The notes under the pieces are model-generated. The model saw only the letters and a program-made list of their open reading frames with translations, was not told where the DNA came from and did not search any database. Made by a program: the position numbers and the translations under genes. A stretch of 61,632 nt of DNA from an uncultured Candidatus Saccharibacteria bacterium (GTDB lineage Bacteria > Patescibacteriota > Minisyncoccia > Phycocordibacterales > UBA6065). The stretch is taken from positions 1 through 61,632 of the forward strand of contig CAZBVG010000004.1 in NCBI GenBank assembly GCA_964495425.1, in the 5' to 3' direction. Of this stretch, positions 53,232-61,632 are shown piece by piece; positions within the stretch are counted from its first letter, which is position 1; every line of letters begins with the position of its first letter.

Positions 53232-55595
53232 TTATATCTTCTCCATTTCTCCCCAATTGTCACCCACCTTTGCTTCGGCAACAATGGTAATCCCAAAGAT
53301 ATCCTTTGGTGCAATAATTGCCTCCATTATTTTTTTGATTTCAGGCTCAATCTTTTTGACCACCCCCTCCTTTGCCTCAAGTACAATTTCGTCATGCACC
53401 TGCAGGAGCATGTGTACATCATTTTCAAGCTTATTTTTTCGTATGTATGAATCGATTTCAATCATGGCAAGCTTCACCACATCAGCCTCTGTTCCCTGAA
53501 TAGGAGCATTTATCGCCATACGCTCCGCTGCCGCACGAATGAATGGCAGTTTAGAGTTGATACCATCAAAGTATCTTCGACGGCCAAAATACGTTTCGGT
53601 GTAGCCTTTACGAGCAGCATCTGCCTTTATACCCTCAAGATAATCACGAAGCCCATGGAACTTTTCAAAGTATTCGTTATAAAACTTTTGTGCAGCTTTA
53701 CGATCAACACCCATATTTTTTTGTAATGCGGTTACCCCCATACCGTACATCACACCGAAATTGATCACCTTTGCCTGACTTCGCATTGCCTTTGTGACAT
53801 TTTCAACAGGAACACCGAAAACCTGGGCTGCCACTGCAGCGTGAACATCCTCGCCTCGTCTAAAGATATCAATAAATTTTTCATCTTTTGAAAGAAATGC
53901 GGCGATACGTAACTCTATTTGAGAATAATCGAATGCAAGAAGCTTCCAACCCTTATCGGTGGTAAACGCGTTACGGATTCGACGTCCAAGCTCAGTCTTG
54001 TTCGGAATATTTTGCACGCCTGGATCTTTTGTTGCCATTCGACCGGTTGCTGCACCCGTTTGAATAAACGTTGCGTGCACACGAGAATTTGCATCAAGAA
54101 GTGGTGGAATCGCCTCTATATATGTGCCCAAAAGCTTCGCCAATTCTCGGTATTTGAGGATTTCAGCGATAATTGGATGCTCATCAACAAGCTTTTCAAG
54201 CTCAGATTCTTTTGTTGAAAGAGCGCCACCCGCAGTTTTTTTCTTTGATGTAAGTCCCAGTTTCACAAAGAGCACCTCCCCAAGTTGTTTAGGTGAAGCG
54301 ATATTAAATTCCATATCAGCCATTTTCCAAATCGCCTTTTCAATCTTTTGAAGCTCTTTTCGATACTCAGCACCGAGACTTTCAAGATATTTTTTATCAA
54401 TTTTTACACCAACCTCCTTCATCTTATCGATGACAGGAATGAGTGGTCTCTCAATATCCGTATATACTTTTTCAACACCGCGCTTTTTAATCTCCGCCTG
54501 CAGGATTGCGTATGCCTCGTTGAATGTTTTTGCTTTAGTAAAATTCATCACATCCTCAGGTTTAGGATCTGTAAGATTGGAATTAATAAGCCACAACATG
54601 ATTGCTGCTTCCTTGAATTTCTCACCATCTACAGTCATATCAAGTACCGGTGCTTCATTTTTAATTTCTTCAACCTCTTTGCTCGTGTCCTGTCCAAGCA
54701 CTCGTTTCAAATTGAGCCCCATCGTTCTAAACTCGAGATCAGTAAAGAGTTTTGTCGCCTTATCTACATCAACACCTTCCTTCCATGTCTTTTCAGGAAG
54801 CTTCCACTCAATTGGCGCATCACGACGAATCGTTGCTAACACTTTTGAAAACTCGGCATCTTCCTTCCCTGTTTCAAGGAGCTCGATGATTCGCGGAGTA
54901 ATGCCCGCTTTAATAAATTGCTCTTTATCTTTTTTGAGAGCTTTGTATATATTCTCAATTGAACCAAAGGTATTAATAAGAATTGTTGCGGTTTTTTCTC
55001 CAATACCCTTAATGCCAATGATGTTATCTGAAGGATCTCCTCGAAGACCTTTATAATCTGGCAACAATTCAGGACCGAATCCAAATCGCTCCCGAACAGC
55101 CTTTTCATCATAAATAATGGTGTCTTTGATTCCCTTCTTCAAGGTATACACACGAACCTTCTCACCTTGAACAAGCTGAAGCGTGTCCATATCGCCCGAT
55201 GCAATAATTACTTCCAGATTTTTATCCTTCTTTGTTTTTTCAACAATAGTTCCCAATATGTCATCTGCCTCAAATCCTTCTTTATCATAGACAGGAATGC
55301 CTAACGCAGAAAACACATCACGAGAACGAATTATTTGTGCGACAAGCTCAGGATCAGTCTTTGCTCGACCGGCTTTATAATCCTTGTATGCCTCGTGCCT
55401 GTGTGTTGGTTTTGGTAAATCATATGCAGCAACAACATAATCAGGTTTGAGTTTTTCAATCGCGGAAAACAACATGGTACAGACACCGTAGATTCCACCC
55501 GTCGGTTCCCCTTTTGAAGTCGCAAAATCGGGAATCGCGTGGTATGCCCGATGAATAATTGCGTGTGAGTCGAGTAAGATAAGGCGTTTTGACAT
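53232..55595 (-). CDS. polA: DNA polymerase I (5'-nuclease plus polymerase domains)
   Basis: LLDSHAIIHRAYHA 5'-nuclease N-terminus. Polymerase motifs DYSQIELR, RSQAKVINFGVMYG and QVHDEIV. I prefer the start MSKRLILL at 55595. Confidence 0.96.
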   Translation of the reverse strand: MSKRLILLDSHAIIHRAYHAIPDFATSKGEPTGGIYGVCTMLFSAIEKLKPDYVVAAYDLPKPTHRHEAYKDYKAGRAKTDPELVAQIIRSRDVFSALGIPVYDKEGFEADDILGTIVEKTKKDKNLEVIIASGDMDTLQLVQGEKVRVYTLKKGIKDTIIYDEKAVRERFGFGPELLPDYKGLRGDPSDNIIGIKGIGEKTATILINTFGSIENIYKALKKDKEQFIKAGITPRIIELLETGKEDAEFSKVLATIRRDAPIEWKLPEKTWKEGVDVDKATKLFTDLEFRTMGLNLKRVLGQDTSKEVEEIKNEAPVLDMTVDGEKFKEAAIMLWLINSNLTDPKPEDVMNFTKAKTFNEAYAILQAEIKKRGVEKVYTDIERPLIPVIDKMKEVGVKIDKKYLESLGAEYRKELQKIEKAIWKMADMEFNIASPKQLGEVLFVKLGLTSKKKTAGGALSTKESELEKLVDEHPIIAEILKYRELAKLLGTYIEAIPPLLDANSRVHATFIQTGAATGRMATKDPGVQNIPNKTELGRRIRNAFTTDKGWKLLAFDYSQIELRIAAFLSKDEKFIDIFRRGEDVHAAVAAQVFGVPVENVTKAMRSQAKVINFGVMYGMGVTALQKNMGVDRKAAQKFYNEYFEKFHGLRDYLEGIKADAARKGYTETYFGRRRYFDGINSKLPFIRAAAERMAINAPIQGTEADVVKLAMIEIDSYIRKNKLENDVHMLLQVHDEIVLEAKEGVVKKIEPEIKKIMEAIIAPKDIFGITIVAEAKVGDNWGEMEKI

Positions 55596-55690
55596 ACCTA
55601 CAGCATATCTCATGCTGGTAGACATATATGTATTGACAAAATAGATTTCACTTGTAAAATCACACTCAGACCCTTCCCTACAATCACGTA

Positions 55691-56077
55691 ATGAAAATCA
55701 TTAAATCGGACTTTTACAACCACGAGGCTATCACTCGAGATGGTTTAATTGATGCCAGTGCACTTGCTGAGCTCAAACGCGATCCTGAACAAGGTTTAAC
55801 CGTTATCAAACAATTCCGTCAGACCATTAAATCGACACTCGTTGATTTTGATCGGCGCTGGCGCCTCCTCTGTAAAGGTAATGAAGAGGAGTTGGGTGAA
55901 TGGAATGCTCGATTGCTCGTTGCCCATCTCAAGCTCGCAATAATCGATCGAGAACTTGCATCCAACAACCTGCTCTTTAACTGGGATCTCGTTCTTGATG
56001 CAATGGGATTCCTCAACGCGCTTCGTGAGACAACCGACTTAATCCTCGCGCATAACGAGAATCTACCGAAAGCCTAA
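55691..56077 (+). CDS. Hypothetical helical protein (128 aa)
   Basis: ORF with a terminator following at 56078-56109. No recognisable motif. Confidence 0.5.
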   Translation: MKIIKSDFYNHEAITRDGLIDASALAELKRDPEQGLTVIKQFRQTIKSTLVDFDRRWRLLCKGNEEELGEWNARLLVAHLKLAIIDRELASNNLLFNWDLVLDAMGFLNALRETTDLILAHNENLPKA

Positions 56078-56109
56078 CTGACTCGAAGACCACCTATGTG
56101 TGGTCTTTT

Positions 56110-56544
56110 TTATTTCACCTCTATTTCCCTTGAATACTCATCTACAAACCTAAAATAAATCCTTATCGCATCGTGCGGCAACGCTCCCCCTATGTTCTCT
56201 GGCCATTCAATTATGATTATATTCCCGCTATCAGAAAGTGTTCCCTTCCATCCGAGTTTCTCTATATCTTTTGATTTTTCAAGTCGATAGGCGTCTATGT
56301 GAATGAATTTCTTGAAATGATGATGGTTCCCAATATCAAACCTTTTTTCAATAACAAACGTGGGGCTTGTTATATTTTCAGGTGAGATTCCCAAGGCACC
56401 TGCAAATGCTTTAGTAAATGTGGTTTTGCCTGAACCAAGATCGCCAGACAAAGCAACTACTGTTGCGTGACCTGAATGAGGGTGAATTTTTACAAGAATT
56501 TCCTTTGCAAATTTTTCTGTATCCTTGAGACTTTTTGAAATCAT
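56110..56544 (-). CDS. tsaE: tRNA t6A37 biosynthesis ATPase TsaE
   Basis: LSGDLGSGKTTFTKAFAGALGI P-loop. I prefer the start MISKSL at 56544, because a terminator hairpin lies at ~56570-56600. Confidence 0.88.
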   Translation of the reverse strand: MISKSLKDTEKFAKEILVKIHPHSGHATVVALSGDLGSGKTTFTKAFAGALGISPENITSPTFVIEKRFDIGNHHHFKKFIHIDAYRLEKSKDIEKLGWKGTLSDSGNIIIIEWPENIGGALPHDAIRIYFRFVDEYSREIEVK

Positions 56545-56612
56545 AACCTTCACTTTATAGCATAAAAACAAAGAGGGCTCGACTTTGCAGTCGAGCCCAA
56601 CTTGAATCTGTC

Positions 56613-57272
56613 TCACTTCACCACTTTCCGACTTCCGCCGGAATTGCCGCCCGAATTACTCCGGGTGCCGTAGTTCTGAGAACCTTTCGTATACGTCGAC
56701 TGCTTGTTGTATGCGGGCGTCGTATTCGGTTGGTTTCCAGAACCAGCGGTGTATGTGGAGTGCTTGTCGTAGGTTCCGGTCGAAGTGTTAACGGGATTGC
56801 CCGGTCCAGCCGTATAGGTTGACCGACCGCTCCCGTAACTTCCACCGCCCACCACCCCGCTACCAAATCCAATCGTGTAATCGTATTCGGGTGAATTGCG
56901 AGTGGTGATATTTGGCCTATCAACAAACTCTTCCCAAGTAACCGTTGTGAAGTGGTTACGCCCACCGATTCGCACAAACTGGGTCGTGTCTCTGATGAAG
57001 AGACGCTCCCCAGTCTGGGTGTAGATATACACCTTGCTTGTGAGGGGAATATTTTCGTAGTCGTTATACATACGAAAATAAATCTTCCTCATCGAGTCGG
57101 CTGGAACTTCCTTGAACTCGAGCTTGGTCCCAACGTAGAAATCTACGTAGTGACCCTGCGGGAGCTTATTCATGACGATGGCGTGATTTTTCGTATCACG
57201 GGTCGGGAGGGTGCCGCACCCAGAAACAAACAGTGAAGTGATGCTTGCAAAGAACAGAGCGATGATTTTCAT
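56613..57272 (-). CDS. Lipoprotein with C-terminal STYT(A/K)G repeats
   Basis: The lipobox is LFVSGC. The C-terminus has three ~20-aa repeats (STYTAGPGNPVNTSTGTYDKH / STYTAGSGNQPNTTPAYNKQ / STYTKGSQNYG...). Confidence 0.75.
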   Translation of the reverse strand: MKIIALFFASITSLFVSGCGTLPTRDTKNHAIVMNKLPQGHYVDFYVGTKLEFKEVPADSMRKIYFRMYNDYENIPLTSKVYIYTQTGERLFIRDTTQFVRIGGRNHFTTVTWEEFVDRPNITTRNSPEYDYTIGFGSGVVGGGSYGSGRSTYTAGPGNPVNTSTGTYDKHSTYTAGSGNQPNTTPAYNKQSTYTKGSQNYGTRSNSGGNSGGSRKVVK

Positions 57273-57390
57273 AAACTAAACAGAATCTGAGGTTGATGTT
57301 GATGAAATGTCTAACTATGTTAATTATACCATGTTTTATGCCTTAAAGTCAATAGTAAGAAAACGGCTTAAAAACGGTACAATATTCCAC

Positions 57391-59112
57391 ATGACAGTCT
57401 CTTTTGATGAAGAAAAACAGGATAAGAAACTCGAGGAATTCAAACACCGCGAGCAAGAAGACGTAGCTCAGATTATTGCCAGCCGAAATGGTCTTGAATA
57501 CATCGATCTTTCCGTTGTTGGTATAAGTATGGACGCGCTTCGTCTCATCCCACTTGAGGAAGCAAAAAACGGGAACATTGCGCCCTTCTCACTTGTTGGT
57601 AAACGTCTTAAGACCGCCGTCTCATCTCCAGTCAATCCAAAAACCCTTGCGGTCATAGATCGCCTTAAAAATGCTGGATACGATGTCATCGTATTTGTCG
57701 CTTCCCCACTTTCACTTGAAAAGGTATGGAGTAGATATTCTGACCTCACGTTTACAACAGAAACAAAAGCGGGAGCTCTCGAAGTCTCAAGCGAGGACAT
57801 TCGCGGGTACCTTGGTCAGATACACACAATTGATGACGTAAAGAAAACTGTTGGTGAAATTCTTAAACTCACCAAAGCTTTTCGTATTTCAAAAATCCTT
57901 GAAGTTGTTTTGTCTGGAGCTCTCGCCACAAAGGCATCCGACGTGCACGTTGAACCTGAGGAAGCATACGCCCGCCTGCGATATCGCCTTGATGGCGTGC
58001 TTACAGATGTCATTTCATTTGACCTTGAGACATACAAGCTTCTTCTGTCACGCATCAAACTCCTTTCCGGTCTTAAGTTAAACGTTAAAACTGAGGCTCA
58101 AGACGGCCGCTTTAGCGTAAAGGTTGGAGAAGATGAAATTGAGATTCGAACCTCTATCCTTCCAGGTGCATACAACGAATCGATTGTGTTGCGATTACTT
58201 AATCCAAAATCAATTCAGGTACCGCTTGAGGACTTGGGAATCAACCCAAAACTTATGAGTATTATTACCAAAGAAATTTCTCGTCCTAACGGCATGATTC
58301 TCGTGACTGGTCCAACAGGATCAGGTAAAACAACTGCGCTCTACGCATTTTTACGAAAAATTCATACGCCTGATGTCAAAATCATCACAATCGAAGATCC
58401 GATTGAATATCACCTTCCGGGAATCGTACAGACTCAGGTAAATGTCGACAAAAATTATACATTCGCCCTCGGTTTGCGATCAGCACTTCGACAAGACCCT
58501 GATGTGATCATGGTGGGTGAAATTCGAGACGAAGAAACTGCAAAAATTGCCATCAACTCCGCTGAAACAGGTCACCTTGTGCTTTCAACGCTCCACACCA
58601 ACTCAGCTGCCGGCGCCTTCCCTCGTCTCGTCGATCTCGGTGTAAATCCAAAAACAATTACTTCGGCTGTAAACATCGTTCTCGCACAAAGACTTGTTCG
58701 AACACTATGTCCAACGTGTAAAAAAGAAATTGCACTTGAAGGTGAGCAGAAAAAATATATCCAAGATGTAATCCAGAGTGTTCACGATCGATCTCTAGTA
58801 GCTGGATTGCAAACAGAGAAAATATGGCTGCCTGTTGGGTGTGAAAAGTGTAATGGTTCTGGTTATAAAGAACGGCTTGGTATTCGTGAAGGAATTATTG
58901 TTGATGGTAGTCTCGAAAAAATCATTTCTTCGTATTCAACAAGTGAACGAGATATTAAAGCGGCAACAAAAGCACAAGGAATTCCCGACATGCTCCAAGA
59001 TGGTATTATTCGCGTACTTGAGGGTAAGACATCACTGGATGAATTAAGGCGAGTTATTGATCTCACAGAAGAATTACCTGAGGAAAAACCCCTCGAAAAT
59101 CCTCTCGTATAG
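57391..59112 (+). CDS. pilB: Type II secretion / type IV pilus assembly ATPase (GspE/PilB family)
   Basis: N-terminal T2SSE_N-like domain, Walker A GPTGSGKTT, Asp and His boxes, and a tetracysteine motif (CPTC...CEKC). Confidence 0.92.
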   Translation: MTVSFDEEKQDKKLEEFKHREQEDVAQIIASRNGLEYIDLSVVGISMDALRLIPLEEAKNGNIAPFSLVGKRLKTAVSSPVNPKTLAVIDRLKNAGYDVIVFVASPLSLEKVWSRYSDLTFTTETKAGALEVSSEDIRGYLGQIHTIDDVKKTVGEILKLTKAFRISKILEVVLSGALATKASDVHVEPEEAYARLRYRLDGVLTDVISFDLETYKLLLSRIKLLSGLKLNVKTEAQDGRFSVKVGEDEIEIRTSILPGAYNESIVLRLLNPKSIQVPLEDLGINPKLMSIITKEISRPNGMILVTGPTGSGKTTALYAFLRKIHTPDVKIITIEDPIEYHLPGIVQTQVNVDKNYTFALGLRSALRQDPDVIMVGEIRDEETAKIAINSAETGHLVLSTLHTNSAAGAFPRLVDLGVNPKTITSAVNIVLAQRLVRTLCPTCKKEIALEGEQKKYIQDVIQSVHDRSLVAGLQTEKIWLPVGCEKCNGSGYKERLGIREGIIVDGSLEKIISSYSTSERDIKAATKAQGIPDMLQDGIIRVLEGKTSLDELRRVIDLTEELPEEKPLENPLV

Positions 59113-59129
59113 TGCGGTACAATAGAGCC

Positions 59130-59498
59130 ATGATAAATAAATCAAATATTCCTCAGGCTCTCGATGAATTAAAACGAGTCATATCACGTGAGTCAGAAGA
59201 TATCCGAAAAGACGAGGCAGAATTAGTTGAAGCGCATAGAAAAGTAGAAACAACCAAGGCAGAAATAAAGAACACGGAACTTAAAATTAAAGAAATGGAG
59301 GCGCAAATCCATCAATTAAAGCAGGATGCCAGCCAGAAAAAAGTTTTTTTACCGAAAGATGAAGCCTTGGTGCACAAACTTGAGTCAGATTTAGAGAAAG
59401 TTCGTCATGAATACGCACGACATCAACACGAAATTACTGAATTTCAGTCTGAACTCGCGCGAGTTCAAAAATCTGGTCCGAAAGGTGGTAAAGAGTAG
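59130..59498 (+). CDS. Coiled-coil protein (122 aa)
   Basis: The sequence is heptad-rich and Glu/Lys-rich. It lies immediately downstream of pilB. Confidence 0.55.
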   Translation: MINKSNIPQALDELKRVISRESEDIRKDEAELVEAHRKVETTKAEIKNTELKIKEMEAQIHQLKQDASQKKVFLPKDEALVHKLESDLEKVRHEYARHQHEITEFQSELARVQKSGPKGGKE

Positions 59499-59644
59499 GA
59501 CTCTTTAGTTGCATAAGTCAATTTGTCTCATCCCCTATCGTGTGTTCTCTTGAAAATTTGCTATTGCCGTAAGTATTTACTGGAGTACTATAACTTCAGA
59601 AACAAAAACCACTCGCGTGTGCGAGTGATTGAAAGTTCCAGAAG

Positions 59645-59790
59645 ATAAATCTCTAAGCAATACTTAAAGATGTGCATCTAAAGTTAAGCAGAGTTCTTAG
59701 GATAGCCCCAGTAGGAAGACCGGAGTCTAACCAGAACGTCCCGAGAATATCAACTAGTAAACCGTAAGGTTTAATTGCTTAGAGATTTAT
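59645..59790. repeat. 17-bp perfect inverted repeat enclosing a 112-bp structured core
   Basis: The arms are ATAAATCTCTAAGCAAT (59645-59661) and ATTGCTTAGAGATTTAT (59774-59790). The core contains AGATG-tg-CATCT, AGAC-cgga-GTCT and AAACC-gtaa-GGTTT hairpins. Confidence 0.8.
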
Positions 59791-59850
59791 ACTCTGGAAT
59801 ACTATATTTCAACTGATCTTGTAGCGATATCTTAGCACGAAGAAACTCAT

Positions 59851-60879
59851 ATGTCAAGTACTCCCCAGTCACGGAAAGAGCAAGGCGAAAATAAGGCCTC
59901 AAATAAGGGTTCTTTTGGAAATGACGAACTTTTCCTTGATACCACGCTTCGCCCCGCTGTATGGGATGAATATGTTGGTCAAAAAAGTATAAAAGAAAAT
60001 TTAAAAGTTCTTTTGCGTGCTGCAAAAGAGCGAAATCATCCGCCTGAACACATTTTATTCTACGGTCCTCCTGGTTTAGGTAAGACCACGCTCGCCCACC
60101 TCATTGCAAAAGAGACATCAAGCCAACTGAAAACAACATCTGGCCCAGCTATAGAAAAAGTTGGAGACCTTGCATCAATACTTACCAACCTTGCACCAGG
60201 CGATATGCTTTTTATCGACGAGATTCATCGCTTGAACAAAGCAATTGAAGAAGTCCTCTACCCTGCTATGGAATCAGGCTCGCTCGATATTATTATCGGC
60301 AAAGGGCCTTCAGCACGAACGATTCAACTTGAACTTCCGCCATTTACACTCATCGCAGCTACCACTCGAATCGCCCTTCTCTCCGCCCCACTGCGATCCC
60401 GCTTCTCAGGAGGTACCTTTAGACTCGAATTTTACACAGAAAAGGAAATTCAGCAGATAATCCATCGTTCAGCCAAGCTTTTGAAGATCGATATTGATGA
60501 AAAATCGTCAGAAAAGATAGCCAAACGAAGCCGTTTCACTCCGCGAACCGCAAACTTTCTTCTCAAACGCGTTCGAGACCTCGCTCAAGTAGAAAAAACT
60601 GCGGTTTCGACAGAGATTGTTGATCGGGCACTCACCATGCTTGGAATCGATGAGTTGGGACTTACCCAAAGCGACCGTGATCTCCTCTCAACACTCATCG
60701 AAAAATTTAAGGGCGGACCAGTGGGACTGAATACACTCGCTGCGTCGCTTGCTGAAGAGGAAGCAACAGTAGAAGAAGTACATGAGCCTTACCTTCTCCA
60801 ACTCGGACTCATCGAACGAACACCAAGAGGGCGTAAAGTTACGGAAAAAGCGTTTGAACATTTGAAGATTAAGAAGTAA
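59851..60879 (+). CDS. ruvB: Holliday junction DNA helicase RuvB
   Basis: GPPGLGKTTLA Walker A, DEIHRL, and a C-terminal wHTH. Confidence 0.97.
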   Translation: MSSTPQSRKEQGENKASNKGSFGNDELFLDTTLRPAVWDEYVGQKSIKENLKVLLRAAKERNHPPEHILFYGPPGLGKTTLAHLIAKETSSQLKTTSGPAIEKVGDLASILTNLAPGDMLFIDEIHRLNKAIEEVLYPAMESGSLDIIIGKGPSARTIQLELPPFTLIAATTRIALLSAPLRSRFSGGTFRLEFYTEKEIQQIIHRSAKLLKIDIDEKSSEKIAKRSRFTPRTANFLLKRVRDLAQVEKTAVSTEIVDRALTMLGIDELGLTQSDRDLLSTLIEKFKGGPVGLNTLAASLAEEEATVEEVHEPYLLQLGLIERTPRGRKVTEKAFEHLKIKK

Positions 60880-60893
60880 ATTAGCGTACACAT

Positions 60894-61421
60894 ATGTCAG
60901 GACACAATAAATGGTCACAAATAAAACATAAAAAGGCGAAAACAGACGGAGCAAAGTCAAAACTGTATTCAAAGTACTCAAAACTTATCTCTGCAGAGGC
61001 GCAGAAGGTTAAGGGTGACAAAAACTCCCCTTCTCTGCGAGCTTTGATCGAGCGAGCAAAGTCCGAAGATGTTACCAACGAAGTTATCGAACGAGCCGTA
61101 AAGAAAGGAAACGAACCTGGTGTAGCACTTGAAGCTATTACCTATGAGGCATACGGTCCAGGCGGCTGCGCAATGATTATTGAGGCACTTACAACAAACA
61201 AAAATAAGGCTGCGCAAGAAGTAAAACACATTCTTTCAGCAAACGGATTCTCTCTTGCAACTCCTGGTAGCGCTTCATGGGCATTTAAGCGTGAAGGTAC
61301 TAACTGGATTGCTACAACAAGTGTAGAGCTTGAAGATGCTGACTTGGGCGCACTTGAAAAACTTGTGGATGAGCTTGAAAACAACGAGGAAGTTCAGGAA
61401 GTATTTACAAACGTTGAATAA
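60894..61421 (+). CDS. yebC: YebC/PmpR family protein (short, 175 aa)
   Basis: MSGHNKWSQIKHKKAKTDGAKSK N-terminus. Confidence 0.88.
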   Translation: MSGHNKWSQIKHKKAKTDGAKSKLYSKYSKLISAEAQKVKGDKNSPSLRALIERAKSEDVTNEVIERAVKKGNEPGVALEAITYEAYGPGGCAMIIEALTTNKNKAAQEVKHILSANGFSLATPGSASWAFKREGTNWIATTSVELEDADLGALEKLVDELENNEEVQEVFTNVE

Positions 61422-61458
61422 AACAGGCCAAGTGCTTGTTTTTTGTTATGATTGGCTC

Positions 61459-61632
61459 ATGAGACTCATCGCCATCGATCCTGGATACGAACGACTAGGT
61501 ATAGCTATTATCGAAAAAAATCCTCGAGAAAAAGAAGTTCTTTTGTATTCGGATTGCTTTAAAACCGACAAAAAACTGCCCCACTATGAGCGACTTGGGC
61601 TTATTGGCACTGAAATCAATCGTATTATTAGT
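61459..61632 (+). CDS. ruvC: Crossover junction endodeoxyribonuclease RuvC, N-terminal fragment (runs off the window)
   Basis: MRLIAIDPGYERLGIAIIE... from the ATG at 61459, open to the end of the window. Confidence 0.85.
   Translation, partial: MRLIAIDPGYERLGIAIIEKNPREKEVLLYSDCFKTDKKLPHYERLGLIGTEINRIIS

Noticed and set aside
59647-59790. Possible 5S rRNA. The plus strand contains AAGTTAAGC and CCCCAGTAGGAAGACC, reminiscent of Bacillus 5S, inside a closing helix.
   Set aside because: - A 9-mer match is expected by chance about once in this much sequence.
- The spacing between the motifs is about 20 nt too short.
- The total length (142-146 nt) and the 15-17-bp closing helix do not fit 5S.
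- The 23S 3' end, where a 5S would be expected, is off the left edge of the window.

Overview
This 61.6-kb segment looks like a streamlined bacterial chromosome. Individual 60-nt lines I counted in ordinary genes gave 40-50% GC. I infer a Patescibacteria/CPR (Parcubacteria-like) origin from several features:
- lamin-tail-domain surface proteins
- minimal aminoacyl-tRNA synthetases
- a 23S rRNA with its own promoter and no 16S nearby
- ribosomal-protein operons lacking rplA and rplI at their usual positions
- many small membrane orphans

The window holds the 5' ~700 nt of a 23S rRNA, three tRNAs (Ser-UGA, Arg-GCG, Lys-UUU) and about 70 CDS. Most are information-processing genes:
- ribosome and translation factors: rplJ-rplL, secE-nusG-rplK, rpsF-ssb-rpsR, rpsT, efp
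- tRNA synthetases and modification: metG, glyQS, ileS, argS, tsaE, trmH
- replication, recombination and repair: ftsK, recA, recO, ruvA, ruvB-yebC-ruvC, ruvX, polA, a holA-like gene, mutM

There is also a 5-kb thymidylate module (glyA-tmk-dut, thyX-like, dCMP deaminase). Envelope and surface genes include a Mur ligase, an amidase, LTD/PKD proteins, a 644-aa PG-binding surface protein and PilB. I saw no transposase, integrase, CRISPR array or recognisable defence gene, and standard code 11 fits.

The most unusual observations are:
1. A complete histidine-phosphatase (PGAM-like) domain is inserted inside the catalytic core of IleRS.
2. A high-GC single-gene island encodes a protein with a VPDSG/PEP-CTERM-type sorting signal.
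3. The thyX-like gene is tandemly duplicated, with an asymmetrically degenerated motif.
4. Three intergenic units bounded by a promoter and/or a terminator, or strongly structured (43953-44242, 36710-36960, 59600-59812), have no convincing ORF.
5. Several other small higher-GC orphan genes each have their own terminator.

All calls come from reading the sequence and ORF translations. No database search was run.
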